Assembly: GCA_963754315.1 (NCBI GenBank)
Contig: CAVWFS010000016.1
Location: forward strand, 32,001 to 96,000
DNA from: an uncultured Candidatus Rokubacteria bacterium
Lineage (GTDB): Bacteria > Methylomirabilota > Methylomirabilia > Rokubacteriales > CSP1-6
Length of the DNA: 64,000 nucleotides
Direction: 5' to 3'
The translations under genes were made by a program, and so were the position numbers. Below, piece after piece: positions 1 to 11,186 of the stretch (the first letter of the stretch is position 1; every line of letters begins with the position of its first letter). Under the pieces are notes generated by a model. It did not search any database. It saw only the letters and a list, made by a program, of their open reading frames with translations, and was not told the origin of the DNA.

Positions 1-753
1 CGGCGGGCGGGGGCGTGGGGTGCCGCCGCTGTGGCCACCGGCCACTACGCCCGGATCACCCGCGACGAGTCAACTGGTCGCTATCTCCTCTGGCGGGGAT
101 GCGACCACCGAAAGGACCAGTCAGACTTTCTCTGGCCCCTCACGCAGGAACAGCTCGGCGCCGCGCGATTCCCCATCGGTCACCTGACCAAGGCCGAGGT
201 GCGCGACCATGCGCGGCGGCTCGGCCTCGCGACGGCGGAGACGCCGGAGAGTCAGGAGATCTGCTTCATCCCCGACGACGATTACCGAGGCTTCTTGCGC
301 CGGCGCCGGCCCGACGCTTTCCGGCCCGGGCCCATCGTCGACGGCGCCGGGGTCCCGCTTGGATCTCACGGCGGCGTCGCGAACTACACCATCGGGCAGA
401 AGAAAGGGCTCGGGCTGGCAACGGGCCAGGCACTATACGTGGTGGACCTCGATCCGGACACGAACGAGGTTAGGGTGGGGCCCTCCACCGACCTCGAGCA
501 GGTTCGCCTGTGGGCTACCGCGGTGAACTTCATCGCGTGCGATCCGCCCGGCGAGCCGATCGAGGTGGAAGCCCGAATCCGCCACAACCATCAGCCGGCG
601 GCGGCCACCGTCCGCATGGTCGAGGCCGGCACGGCCGAGGTCGTGTTCAGGGAGCCCCAGCGCGCGATCACACCGGGGCAATCGGTGGTCTGGTACCGCG
701 GCGATTGCGTGGTTGGCGGGGGGGTCATCGCGCGCGTGCCCCGAGCCCGTTGA
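1..753 (+). CDS. mnmA: tRNA 2-thiouridylase MnmA (5'-truncated by window edge)
   Basis: ATGHYARI, KDQSDFL, ESQEICF, YTIGQKKGLG, QRAITPGQ motifs; frame open from base 1. Confidence 0.95.
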   Translation, partial: RRAGAWGAAAVATGHYARITRDESTGRYLLWRGCDHRKDQSDFLWPLTQEQLGAARFPIGHLTKAEVRDHARRLGLATAETPESQEICFIPDDDYRGFLRRRRPDAFRPGPIVDGAGVPLGSHGGVANYTIGQKKGLGLATGQALYVVDLDPDTNEVRVGPSTDLEQVRLWATAVNFIACDPPGEPIEVEARIRHNHQPAAATVRMVEAGTAEVVFREPQRAITPGQSVVWYRGDCVVGGGVIARVPRAR

Positions 754-822
754 CTCGGGCAGGCCCTGAGTGATATTTTTCACAAACCTCGTCGCGATCG
801 AACGAGACCGGGAGACCCCGTC

Positions 823-1413
823 ATGCTTCACCGTAGATTGATGTGGTTCTCTGTCACCTTGACGGCAATCGGGGCACCGGTCTTTGCCTCCCTGGCGTGG
901 GCGGCCTCCGAGGGCGGCGGGCACGGGGGCGGCCTCATCAGCCTCGACAAGTCGCTGATCATCCAGGGCGTCAACTTTCTGATTCTCTTGTTTCTGCTCC
1001 AGAAGATCCTCTACAAGCCGCTGCTGGCCAAGATGAACGAGCGGACCGAAGCAGTCAGGAAGTCCCTGGACGAGGCCCAGCAGGCACGTGCCGAGGCGGC
1101 GAAGCAGCAGCAAGAAAACGCTGAGCGGCTTCGCGCCGCCCACGCCGAGGCTGCCGCGATTCGCGCGGCCGCGCTCAAGGAGGCGGGGGAAGAGCAGCGG
1201 AAGCTCGTGGAAGCCGCCCGGGCCGAGGCGGCCCGGCTGGTCGAGTCCGCGCGAGCCCAGATGGAGACCGACATCCGCCGGGCGCGTGAGGAGCTTCGTC
1301 GCGAGGTGTCCGACCTGGCCATCGGGGTGGCCGAGAAACTGGTACGCAAGAGCCTCGACGACGCAGATCATCGACGCATCGTGGCCGAGGCCGTGAGCCA
1401 GTTGAGGAACTAG
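823..1413 (+). CDS. atpF: F0F1 ATP synthase subunit b with N-terminal extension
   Basis: TM helix IQGVNFLILLFLL then KP-LL and a long Ala/Glu/Arg coiled coil; first gene of atp cluster. Confidence 0.92.
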   Translation: MLHRRLMWFSVTLTAIGAPVFASLAWAASEGGGHGGGLISLDKSLIIQGVNFLILLFLLQKILYKPLLAKMNERTEAVRKSLDEAQQARAEAAKQQQENAERLRAAHAEAAAIRAAALKEAGEEQRKLVEAARAEAARLVESARAQMETDIRRAREELRREVSDLAIGVAEKLVRKSLDDADHRRIVAEAVSQLRN

Positions 1414-1419
1414 CAGCTC

Positions 1420-1968
1420 ATGACCCGAGACCGTCGTGCGTTGCCCTACGCCAAGGCCGTCTTCGAGATCGCCAAGGAGCGTGGCCAGGTCGAGACGATC
1501 GGGCGCGAGCTCGACGCGGTAGGCGAGCAGATCAAGGCGGAGCCTGCACTTCAAGACTTCCTCGCGCGGCCCTGGGTGGCACCCGCCTCCAAACGGGGTG
1601 TGGCGGTCGAGATCGCCACGCGCCTCGGGCTCTCGCAGCTGACGCGTGACCTCGTCGGGCTAGTGGCGACCCAGGGGCGGGCGGCCCACCTGGCTGCTGT
1701 CGCGGAGGCCTTCCGCGAACTGCTCGACCGCGATCTGGGTCGCGTCCGGGTGAAGGTGCGCACGGCGGTGGCCCTGACTGACGATGAGCGCGCCATGCTG
1801 GCGGCCCGGCTCCAGCGAACCTTGGGAGGAAACCAGGTGATTCTCGAAGAAGTGATCGATCGCGGCCTTCTCGGTGGGTTCATCGCCGAGAGTGGAAGCT
1901 ATCTCGTCGACGCAAGTCTCGAGGGACAGCTCGACCGGATTCGTCAACGGCTCGTAAGGGGATCCTAA
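1420..1968 (+). CDS. atpH: ATP synthase subunit delta
   Basis: YAKAVF, LLGGF, VDASLEGQL motifs; between atpF and atpA. Confidence 0.93.
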   Translation: MTRDRRALPYAKAVFEIAKERGQVETIGRELDAVGEQIKAEPALQDFLARPWVAPASKRGVAVEIATRLGLSQLTRDLVGLVATQGRAAHLAAVAEAFRELLDRDLGRVRVKVRTAVALTDDERAMLAARLQRTLGGNQVILEEVIDRGLLGGFIAESGSYLVDASLEGQLDRIRQRLVRGS

Positions 1969-3495
1969 ATGATCAAGGCAGGCGAGATCAGCGAGATCAT
2001 CAAGCGGCAGCTGGAAGGCTACCAGGCGGAGGTCGACCTCCAGGAGGTCGGCCGCGTGATCGAGGTCGGCGACGGCATCGCGCGCATCTACGGCCTGGAC
2101 AAGGCGATGGCCGGCGAGCTGCTCACGTTCCCTGGGGACGTGGTGGGCATGGTGCTGAACCTCGAGCAGGACAACGTGGGCGCGGTGCTCTTCGGCGAGG
2201 ACACTGGCATCAAAGAAGGCGACATAGTCAAGCGGACGGCCCGCATCGCCCAGGTGCCGGTTGGCGAGGCCTTGACCGGCCGGGTCGTCAACGCGCTGGG
2301 ACAGCCCATCGACGACAAGGGGCCCATCGCCACCACGGAGTTCCGCCCCATCGAGCGCTACGCGCCCGGCGTGGTCGACCGCCGCTCGGTCAAGGAACCA
2401 CTGCAGACCGGGCTCAAGGCCATCGACGCCATGATTCCGATCGGGCGCGGTCAGCGCGAGCTGATCATCGGCGACCGCGGCACCGGGAAGACGGCCATCG
2501 GGGTCGACACGATCATCAACCAGAAGGGGCAGGACGTTTTCTGCTTCTACGTGGCCATCGGCCAGAAGCGATCGACCGTCGCCCAGGTGGTCAAGATCCT
2601 CGAAGATGCCGGGGCCATGGCGTACACGACCGTGGTCATGGCCAGCGCCTCCGAGCCAGCGCCCCTGCAGTACATTGCACCCTACGCCGGCGTCACCATG
2701 GGGGAGTTCTTCCGGGACTCGGGGCGCCATGCCCTCTGCATCTACGACGATCTGTCCAAGCACGCGACCGCCTATCGCCAGCTTTCTCTGCTGCTTCGCC
2801 GGCCCCCCGGCCGCGAGGCGTATCCCGGCGACGTGTTCTACCTGCACTCGCGGCTCCTCGAACGGGCGGCCAAGCTCAACGATCAGCTGGGCGGGGGGTC
2901 ACTCACCGCCCTGCCCATTATCGAGACCCAACTTGGCGACGTGTCAGCCTACATCCCGACCAACGTCATCTCCATCACCGACGGCCAGATCTATCTGGAA
3001 GCGGACCTGTTCTACAGCGGGATCCGCCCCGCGGTGAACGTCGGCCTGTCCGTATCACGCGTGGGGGGATCGGCCCAGGTGCGGGCCATGCGCCAGGTGG
3101 CTGGCAAGCTAAGGCTCGACCTCGCCCAGTTCCGTGAGCTGGCGGCTTTCGCCCAGTTCGGGTCCGATCTGGACCGGGCGACCCAGCTGCAGCTCGCCCG
3201 CGGTCAGCGGATGGTCGAGAGCCTCAAGCAGGGTCAGTACGAGCCTCTGGTTGTCGAGAAGCAGGTGGCCATCATCTTCGCGGGGACGCAGGGCCTGCTG
3301 GACGATCTGCCGGTCGACGCGATCCGGGAGTTCGAGACATTCTTCTTTCCCTGGCTGGAGTCCAGGCAGCCCCAGATTCTCGGAGAGATCCGGGACAAGA
3401 AGGAGCTGAGCGACGCGATGCGCGACACGCTCACCAAGGCGGTGACCGACGCCAAGGCGGAGTTCGTCGCGGTCAAGGGCCTCAAGGCCGCCTGA
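1969..3495 (+). CDS. atpA: ATP synthase subunit alpha
   Basis: [36 protein letters not shown]. Confidence 0.99.
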   Translation: MIKAGEISEIIKRQLEGYQAEVDLQEVGRVIEVGDGIARIYGLDKAMAGELLTFPGDVVGMVLNLEQDNVGAVLFGEDTGIKEGDIVKRTARIAQVPVGEALTGRVVNALGQPIDDKGPIATTEFRPIERYAPGVVDRRSVKEPLQTGLKAIDAMIPIGRGQRELIIGDRGTGKTAIGVDTIINQKGQDVFCFYVAIGQKRSTVAQVVKILEDAGAMAYTTVVMASASEPAPLQYIAPYAGVTMGEFFRDSGRHALCIYDDLSKHATAYRQLSLLLRRPPGREAYPGDVFYLHSRLLERAAKLNDQLGGGSLTALPIIETQLGDVSAYIPTNVISITDGQIYLEADLFYSGIRPAVNVGLSVSRVGGSAQVRAMRQVAGKLRLDLAQFRELAAFAQFGSDLDRATQLQLARGQRMVESLKQGQYEPLVVEKQVAIIFAGTQGLLDDLPVDAIREFETFFFPWLESRQPQILGEIRDKKELSDAMRDTLTKAVTDAKAEFVAVKGLKAA

Positions 3496-3507
3496 CGACG
3501 CAGGCCC

Positions 3508-4397
3508 ATGCCGACCCTTCGCGACATCCGGCGGCGGATCCGATCCGTCGAGTCAACCCAGAAGATTACCCGGGCCATGAAGTTCGTGGCCGCCGCCAAG
3601 TTTCGCCGGGCGCAGGAGCGAGTCCTCGCAGCCCGACCCTACGCGAGCAAGATGGCGGAACTGCTCGGCCACCTCGTGACGGGCACGGACGCCGCCGAGG
3701 GGACGGTGCACCCACTGCTCGAGGAGCGGCAGGGACCGCGCCGGCTCATCTGCATCATCACGGCCGACAAGGGCCTGGCAGGCGCCTTCAACGCCAACGT
3801 CATCCGTAACGCGCTCGAGTTCATCCGCGACTCGAACGCCACAGCCTTGACCCTCGTGGTGGTGGGGCGCAAGGCGCGGGACTTCTACCGGCGCCGTCCG
3901 TGGACCATCAAGAGGGACATGATCGGCTTCTGGGATCGTCTGGCCTATAGCCACGCTACCGAGCTGGCCGACTACTTCATGGAGCAGTACCTCGAAGGCG
4001 AGGTGGACGAGGTCCACCTGATCTACAATCGCTTTCGCTCTGCCGCCGTCCAGCACCCGGCCCGCGAGCAGCTGTTGCCCATCCCGCGCTCACACACCGA
4101 GGGCGGAGGCGGGGAGGCGCCGGGCGAGGTCGACTACATCTACGAGCCGGATCCCCGGACCATTCTGGGCGATCTGCTGCCCCGGCACGTGCGCACGCAG
4201 GTCTATCACGTGCTGCTGGAATCGTTGGCGGGCGAGTATGGCGCGCGCATGACGGCCATGGAAGCCGCGACGGCCAATGCCAAGGAAATGATCAGCGTGC
4301 TGACGATTCAATACAACAAGGCGCGCCAGGAGCGCATCACCAAGGAGTTGCTCGACATCGTGGGCGGCGCCGAGGCGCTCAAGCAAGGAGCCGAAGC

Positions 4398-4401
<4 letters not shown>
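3508..4401 (+). CDS. atpG: ATP synthase subunit gamma
   Basis: [36 protein letters not shown]. Confidence 0.98.
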
Positions 4402-5820
<1,419 letters not shown>

Positions 5821-5843
5821 GATGACGTCGCCAGTGAGATCGA

Positions 5844-5911
5844 GGAGCGCCACGGGTCCCCCGGGGCGCTCCGAAGGCCGGGGGGGCCGGGGGGCCCTCT
5901 CGAGGCCCCCC
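5844..5911. repeat. Two adjacent GC-rich inverted repeats between atpD and atpC
   Basis: GGAGCGCC(5844-51)/GGCGCTCC(5865-72) and GGGGGGCC(5889-96)/GGCCCCCC(5904-11). Confidence 0.6.
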
Positions 5912-5913
5912 AT

Positions 5914-6318
5914 ATGCTGACCCTCGAGATCGCGACGCCGACGCGGCTCGTGATCGCCACGACCGCGGACGAGGTCGTCGCTCCGGGGAGTCAGGGCTAC
6001 TTCGGCGTGCTCCCCGGCCACGCTCCTTTTCTCACGACGCTCGGGACGGGCGAGCTGACTTACCGGATTGGGCGTGACGAGCATCACCTGGCGGTCAGCG
6101 GGGGCTTCGTGGAGGTCCGCAACGACAAGGTTATCGTGCTGACCGACACAGGGGAGCGGCCCAACGAGATCGATCGAGCGCGCGCCGAGCGGGCCCGCGA
6201 ACGCGCCGAGCGGCGGTTAGCCGGACGGGTTCAGGAAGGGGAAGTAGACTACGCGCGCGCGCTGGCCGCCCTCATGCGCGCCCTGACGCGCATCGCGGTA
6301 GCCGGTCGCGGCGAGTGA
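5914..6318 (+). CDS. atpC: ATP synthase subunit epsilon
   Basis: LEIATP, GYFGVLPGHAP, VSGGFVEV, EIDRARAERA. Confidence 0.97.
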   Translation: MLTLEIATPTRLVIATTADEVVAPGSQGYFGVLPGHAPFLTTLGTGELTYRIGRDEHHLAVSGGFVEVRNDKVIVLTDTGERPNEIDRARAERARERAERRLAGRVQEGEVDYARALAALMRALTRIAVAGRGE

Positions 6319-6373
6319 TGCGGCACGGCCGGCGTCCACGGAACCGCACTCTCGGACGTTACGTTCGGGCGCG

Positions 6374-6640
6374 TCAATCGATGATCTGATCAGCCCGCAG
6401 AAGAAGCGAGGTCGGGATAGCGAGACCGAGCGCGCGGGCGGCCTTGCCTTCCTGGTAGCCCAACTCCCGCAGGCCCTCGCGCAGAGCGTCAAGGTTCGGA
6501 GTCCCGGTCGAGCCGCCCCCGGCGACAACCAGCCGAGGCGAAGCGCGTTGGGCGTTTGTTGAGCGTTCGCGGGCGGGGCGGCCACGGCTGTCCCCAGACT
6601 CGCGAGGATGGTCGCGATGAACGCTCGCCGCCCCTGGGGA
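6374..6640 (-). pseudogene. Internally deleted remnant of an ABC substrate-binding protein
   Basis: N-terminus (RRAFIA...AQQ...RLGWLSP, LREGLRELGYQEG) joined directly to family C-terminus (KAARALGLAIPTSLLLRADQIID*). Confidence 0.65.
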
Positions 6641-6838
6641 GTTGAGAGAGCGAGAAAGCGAACGATCGCGAAGGGCATCGGCGGCCATTATGGCCTGGCC
6701 TTGAGCGACACTCCAGTGGTGAGTGAGCGGTGCCCAGTGAAGGGGGCACCTGCTCGTCGCGCGTGTCGGTTGCCGCGGCTCGAGCACACCCAAAGTCTCG
6801 CGGCACATGACGTCGACTTTGGCATTCGGGTCGCATTG

Positions 6839-7510
6839 ATGGTAGTCATGGTGCTCTCGGTCACGGGTTCCTTTGACGCAGTGACGAGTGCCTATAGGTG
6901 GCTGGAGATCGCCCGGAACTACCCACCGCCTCGCGTCCACCGTTCTCCAGACGACCGGGATCAGCGGCAGCGCAGGGTCATGGCCGTCCTGGAGGCCCTT
7001 GTGGGAGCATCCGAGCGACAGTGGGGCGAGTCCATCGCCTGCGGGCACGCCGCTCGGGTAGCAGCGCTCAGCCACCGTCTCGCGCTCGCAGTAGGACTTT
7101 CTCAGAGGGACGCCGAGGTTGTCGGTCAGGCCGGGTTGCTGCATGACATCGGCAAGCTCGGTGCCGCCAACGGCCAAACGGGGGTGGAGCCCGTCTTTCT
7201 CACCTACCACCCCGGGATCGGTGCGCAACTGGTAGAGCCGTTTGAGTTCCTGGCCTTGGCGGCTCCCATGATTCGACACCACCACGAGCGGCTCGACGGC
7301 AGCGGCTATCCCGACGGTCTGCTCGGCCTCCTCATCCCCATTGGCGCGCGCATCATCGCCGTCGCCGACGAGTATGACCGTCTCACGGCTGGTGGCGGCC
7401 AGGCCGAGGCACTGACCCACGAGGCGGCGCTGGCAAGGCTGGCTCGCGAAGCAGGGAGAACGCTTGATAGTACGATAGTTTCCGCGCTGATCCGGCTGGC
7501 CCTTCCTTGA
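6839..7510 (+). CDS. HD-GYP domain protein (start uncertain)
   Basis: [38 protein letters not shown]. Confidence 0.85.
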   Translation: MVVMVLSVTGSFDAVTSAYRWLEIARNYPPPRVHRSPDDRDQRQRRVMAVLEALVGASERQWGESIACGHAARVAALSHRLALAVGLSQRDAEVVGQAGLLHDIGKLGAANGQTGVEPVFLTYHPGIGAQLVEPFEFLALAAPMIRHHHERLDGSGYPDGLLGLLIPIGARIIAVADEYDRLTAGGGQAEALTHEAALARLAREAGRTLDSTIVSALIRLALP

Positions 7511-7545
7511 CACTTCGCGTCGGCGACGTGTAGTGTGGGCGCGTC

Positions 7546-7824
7546 ATGTCGCGGCGGGAAGAGGTCGCAAGCCGTATGGCCGACGCCATTCTCAAGCGGC
7601 TCTCGGCCCGGCGGATCATCGAGTGCAAGGACGAGGCGGCCGCCCGCGCGGCCGTGCGTCAGCTGGTGCTGGATAACTTGGCCCTGGAAGAGCGCGTGGA
7701 CGCCGATGCGCGGAAGCTCCTCCTCGAGCACGCCAAGGCCATCAAGGACTCCGGCGCGGAGTACCGGCAGCTGCTCGGCAAGGTCAAAGAAAAGCTTGCG
7801 CGAGAACGGGGGTTCATCCTCTGA
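7546..7824 (+). CDS. DUF507-like protein
   Basis: EERVDADARKLL...YRQLLGKVKEKLARERGFIL; TTGACA-N18-TAGTGT upstream. Confidence 0.75.
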   Translation: MSRREEVASRMADAILKRLSARRIIECKDEAAARAAVRQLVLDNLALEERVDADARKLLLEHAKAIKDSGAEYRQLLGKVKEKLARERGFIL

Positions 7825-8099
7825 TGCGGATGAGCCGCGAGCGCATCTTCCACCTCGCGGATCTCATCGTGAAGGAGCTGATCGCTACCCCCGGGGTCCA
7901 GGTGAAAGCCCCCGACGACGTCCGGCCCGAGATTGTCCGGGTTCTGACCGACGAATCGAAGCTCGACGACTCCATCGACGGTGAGGTCCGGAAGATCCTA
8001 GGCTCCTACGCGCGGCCGCTCCCCGAGGGGAGCCGCGAATGGGAGGTCCTGTATCAGAAGACCCGTGAAGAAGTCCTGCGGCGGAGATTTCGGACGTGA
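7824..8099 (+). CDS. DUF507-like protein (second paralog)
   Basis: MRMSRERIFHLA...EVRKILGSYARPLPEGSREWEVLYQK; TGATG overlap. Confidence 0.8.
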   Translation: MRMSRERIFHLADLIVKELIATPGVQVKAPDDVRPEIVRVLTDESKLDDSIDGEVRKILGSYARPLPEGSREWEVLYQKTREEVLRRRFRT

Positions 8100-8689
8100 A
8101 ACGGCTGGTGGTTGGCATCAGCGGGGCCACCGGGTCCATCTACGGTATTCGCCTGCTCGAAGTGCTCAAGGCCGTCCCCGAGATCGAGACCCATCTCGTC
8201 ATCTCGGCGCCTGGGAAGCGCACATTGGTGGAGGAGACCGACTACAGTGTGGCCGACGTCGAGGCCCTGGCCCATCATCGCTACGATCACAGGGACATCG
8301 GCGCTGCCATCGCTTCGGGCTCATTCCGCACGGTGGGCATGGTCGTCGCGCCGTGCAGCGTCAAAACGGCGGGCGCCATCGCCGCCTGCCACTCCGACAA
8401 TCTCATGACGCGCGCGGCCGATGTGACGCTCAAGGAAGGCCGGCCGCTCATCTTGCTGTTCCGCGAAACCCCGCTGCACGCTGGCCATCTGCGCTGCCTG
8501 CTCACCTTGGCCGAGATGGGAGCCGTGATCCTGCCACCCATGCCGGCCTTCTATCACCGCCCCAAGGGCCTCGACGATATCGTGAATCACACCGTGGCCC
8601 GGGTTCTGGACAGGCTTGACCTGCCTCAGACCTTGGTGAGCGAATGGCGAGGCACCCAGCGGCTCGGTCCTACCCACGAGCGTGCCTGA
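8096..8689 (+). CDS. ubiX: Flavin prenyltransferase UbiX
   Basis: VGISGATG, IASGSF, APCSVKT, RAADVTLKE, RETPL, PPMPAFY. Confidence 0.96.
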   Translation: MKRLVVGISGATGSIYGIRLLEVLKAVPEIETHLVISAPGKRTLVEETDYSVADVEALAHHRYDHRDIGAAIASGSFRTVGMVVAPCSVKTAGAIAACHSDNLMTRAADVTLKEGRPLILLFRETPLHAGHLRCLLTLAEMGAVILPPMPAFYHRPKGLDDIVNHTVARVLDRLDLPQTLVSEWRGTQRLGPTHERA

Positions 8690-8759
8690 CATAATCGCCG
8701 AGGAGCTCGAAGGCGATCTGATCCGCGGTGCAACCGTCTTTGGGTCTGGCGCAGGCCGC

Positions 8760-8840
8760 ATGACATACCAGCGAGCGGACGTCTGCGTCGTGGGTGGCGG
8801 TCCGGCTGGGCTCCTCCTCGGCTTGCTCCTGCGGCAGTAG
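8760..8840 (+). pseudogene. N-terminal stub of an FAD-dependent monooxygenase
   Basis: MTYQRADVCVVGGGPAGLLLGLLLRQ* : Rossmann GxGxxG motif followed at once by a stop. Confidence 0.55.
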
Positions 8841-9130
8841 CGCCGATCTGCTCGCCCTCTCGGCATCTCGCAGTCAGCGATCGGTTCGCTGGTCGATCCG
8901 TCGTGCTGCGAGAAGGGTGGGGTGCTTCGCGTGGGTCGGGCGCTCACACGGCTCGATGCCGACGGTGCATGGTGGATCGGTGATCCCGCGAATTGGGTCG
9001 ACGGCGGCCATGGGTTACCATCAGGAAGCGCGACGTCGAAGGCCCTTGGCGTGACGGTGACGGCGATGCCGAAGTGATGGCGTGGACCGAGCACCCCTGG
9101 GTTCCACAGCACTCACCGAGAGGAGGCGAG

Positions 9131-9541
9131 ATGACTCAGTTCAGTACACCAATGCTCTTGACGCTGCTCACCGCCTTGGTTCTTGGATGCGCTACCGCTG
9201 GCACGGAGGGCACGATCCATGTCAGTGACGCAAAATCCCTGAGTGGAAAGTGGCTGGGGTATGCGACAGGGACGGGGGCCGGGGCTCCTCAGGCCATAGA
9301 GCTCACAATCAATCCCGACGGCACTTATGTCTCTCGGATTGGCGCTCAGGTGCAGAGCGGAACGGTAAGAGTCAGCAATGGCAAGGTTAGTTTCACACGC
9401 GATGCGGCCTCTGCAACCTCGACAACTGTCATGGCGGCGTCGACGGCAGTCCTCCAACAACGCGAGGGAAGACGCGTTCTCGTCGGTCAGGGCCGATCCG
9501 ACTATGGTCCATATTCGTACGAGTTCACCGAGCAGAAGTAG
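9131..9541 (+). CDS. Hypothetical lipoprotein
   Basis: AGGAGG SD before ATG; hydrophobic signal ending LVLGC (lipobox); beta-rich GKWLG body. Confidence 0.7.
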   Translation: MTQFSTPMLLTLLTALVLGCATAGTEGTIHVSDAKSLSGKWLGYATGTGAGAPQAIELTINPDGTYVSRIGAQVQSGTVRVSNGKVSFTRDAASATSTTVMAASTAVLQQREGRRVLVGQGRSDYGPYSYEFTEQK

Positions 9542-9609
9542 CGCTCAGACGAAGACGTCCCCGCGCGGGCTCGCAACGCGCCGGCGTCGGCCCCGGTAAC
9601 CCATCACCC

Positions 9610-9880
9610 TGCGGAGCCAGCGGCTGGCTCGCGCCCGCTGGAGTACGGCCTGATCGCCGAAAGGTGGCCGAGATCTACCCCGAGTTGGTGGTGCGGGACA
9701 AGCACGGCCAGCCCGCTGGTGTCCGCTACCACGTCCTGCCCGCCATGTTCCTTCAACGAACTGCAACGGCAGCAGCGGGACTCGGAGGCTCGGTTTGCGA
9801 GTCAGCAGCGGGAGATTGACGAGCTACGCGCTCAGGTGCGGGCGCTCATCGACGGCGGGAAGGCGACCGCGCGGCAGTGA
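9610..9880 (+). pseudogene. Frameshifted C-terminal fragment of a tail-fibre intramolecular chaperone (peptidase S74-like) domain
   Basis: LEYGLIAE/VAEIYPELVVRDKHGQPAGVRYHVLPAM/NELQRQQ...QQREIDELRAQVRAL read across two frameshifts. Confidence 0.65.
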
Positions 9881-9916
9881 GCGTGGCACGCGGCGGGGCT
9901 AACTGCGTGATAATCT

Positions 9917-10003
9917 TGGTGCCGAAGGGGGGACTCGAACCCCCACACCCTTGCGGGCACATGACCCTGAATCATGCGCGTCTGCCAATTCCGCCACTTC
10001 GGC
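9917..10003 (-). tRNA. tRNA-Leu(CAG), long variable arm, encoded CCA
   Basis: GCCGAAG...CTTCGGC-ACCA acceptor; anticodon arm CATGA-TTCAGGG-TCATG; GTTCGAGT T-loop. Confidence 0.96.
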
Positions 10004-10060
10004 ACTGATGCGGAGAGAGCCCGATGATACCGCTGGGCAGCCAGGCGTTTCAAGCGTGAC

Positions 10061-10531
10061 ATGGCCGACGAGAACAACCAGAACATCGCTAACAACCGGA
10101 AGGCACGGCACGAGTACGACATCCTCGAGGTGCTGGAGGCGGGGCTCGTCCTTCGCGGCACCGAGGTCAAGGCCCTGCGGACCGGTCAGGTGAGCTTCAA
10201 GGACTCGTTTGCAACCATCCGCAATAACGAGGCCTGGCTGCGGGGTTGCCACATCAGCCCGTATAGCCACGGGACCGACGCCAACCACGAGCCGGAACGG
10301 GACCGCAAGCTCTTGTTGCATCGCAACGAAATCGCGCGCTTGATGGGCAAGGTAGCCGAGCGCGGGTTGACCATCGTGCCGCTTCGCCTATACTTTAAGC
10401 AGGGGCGGGCCAAGGTCGAGATCGGCCTGGCACGCGGCAAGAAGCTGCACGACAAGCGGTCGTCGCTTCGCGAGCGCGAGGTTGCACGCGAGATGGACCG
10501 GGCGTCGCGCGGCAGCCGCCGTGAGTGGTAG
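10061..10531 (+). CDS. smpB: SsrA-binding protein SmpB
   Basis: NRKARHEY, EAGLVLRGTEVK, RKLLLH, GKKLHDKR. Confidence 0.98.
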   Translation: MADENNQNIANNRKARHEYDILEVLEAGLVLRGTEVKALRTGQVSFKDSFATIRNNEAWLRGCHISPYSHGTDANHEPERDRKLLLHRNEIARLMGKVAERGLTIVPLRLYFKQGRAKVEIGLARGKKLHDKRSSLREREVAREMDRASRGSRREW

Positions 10532-10565
10532 TCACAAGCGAGCGGTAGAGACAAAGTTAGTGCAA

Positions 10566-10922
10566 GGGGGCGACAGGTTTCGACGGGAACCAGTGAGGTC
10601 CAGGCTGCGTCTCGAGGTTTCTCTCCCCTCGTTAAATAGAGAGAACGGCATAACTGCCGACACTCAGCTAGCCCTGGCGGCCTAACACCCGCCAGCGTCC
10701 GCCGGATCGGGCCATCGGGGTCCGGGAACGGGCGTCATATTCCGGTGGCTGGCTCTGAACCTTGTCTCAGGGGAAGGGCGAGAAACATGAGGCTGGCCCC
10801 TCGATCCTCCTGCCGGCTGGACGGTCGAGGGGTGAGATGGATGTAAGGTAAACCGGCTATCGACGTAGACGCCTGCGGCTGAGGGTTTTCGGACGTGGGT
10901 TCAATTCCCACCGCCTCCACCA
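10566..10922 (+). ncRNA. ssrA: tmRNA; tag reading frame ADTQLALAA* at 10656-10685
   Basis: GGGGGCG/CGCCTCC-ACCA acceptor with G3-U; TTCGAC D-loop analogue; GGTTCAATTCC T-arm; ATAACT before resume codon GCC; directly after smpB. Confidence 0.96.
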
Positions 10923-10933
10923 ATTCCGCTCGC

Positions 10934-10963
10934 TTGACTTACAGCAATCTCCATCGATAGGAT
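10934..10963 (+). promoter_or_regulatory. Putative sigma70 promoter of TA pair
   Basis: TTGACT-N18-TAGGAT upstream of ATG 10976. Confidence 0.5.
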
Positions 10964-10975
10964 CCTGGTAAGACG

Positions 10976-11186
10976 ATGGAGACGGTGACACTTGTCCAGC
11001 AAGTATCAACTCGTCGTGCCCCGCGGCGCTCGCGAGCGGCTGCGACTCCGTCCCGGCATGCGGATCATCGTTGTCGACAAGGGCGGGGTAATCTTCCTCG
11101 TCCCCGAACGCCCGTTACCTGCATATCGTGGTATCGCCCGCGGCGTGAACCCCCGAGAGCTCCGCGAGAAGAAGGACCGCTCCTGA
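10976..11186 (+). CDS. AbrB/MazE-family antitoxin (one extra base near 10991, or TTG start at 10992)
   Basis: METVT/LSSKYQLVVPRGARERLRLRPG, AbrB pattern. Confidence 0.8.

Noticed and set aside
10482..10685. 67-aa ORF ending ADTQLALAA
   Set aside because: It is the tmRNA tag frame extended upstream, not a separate gene.
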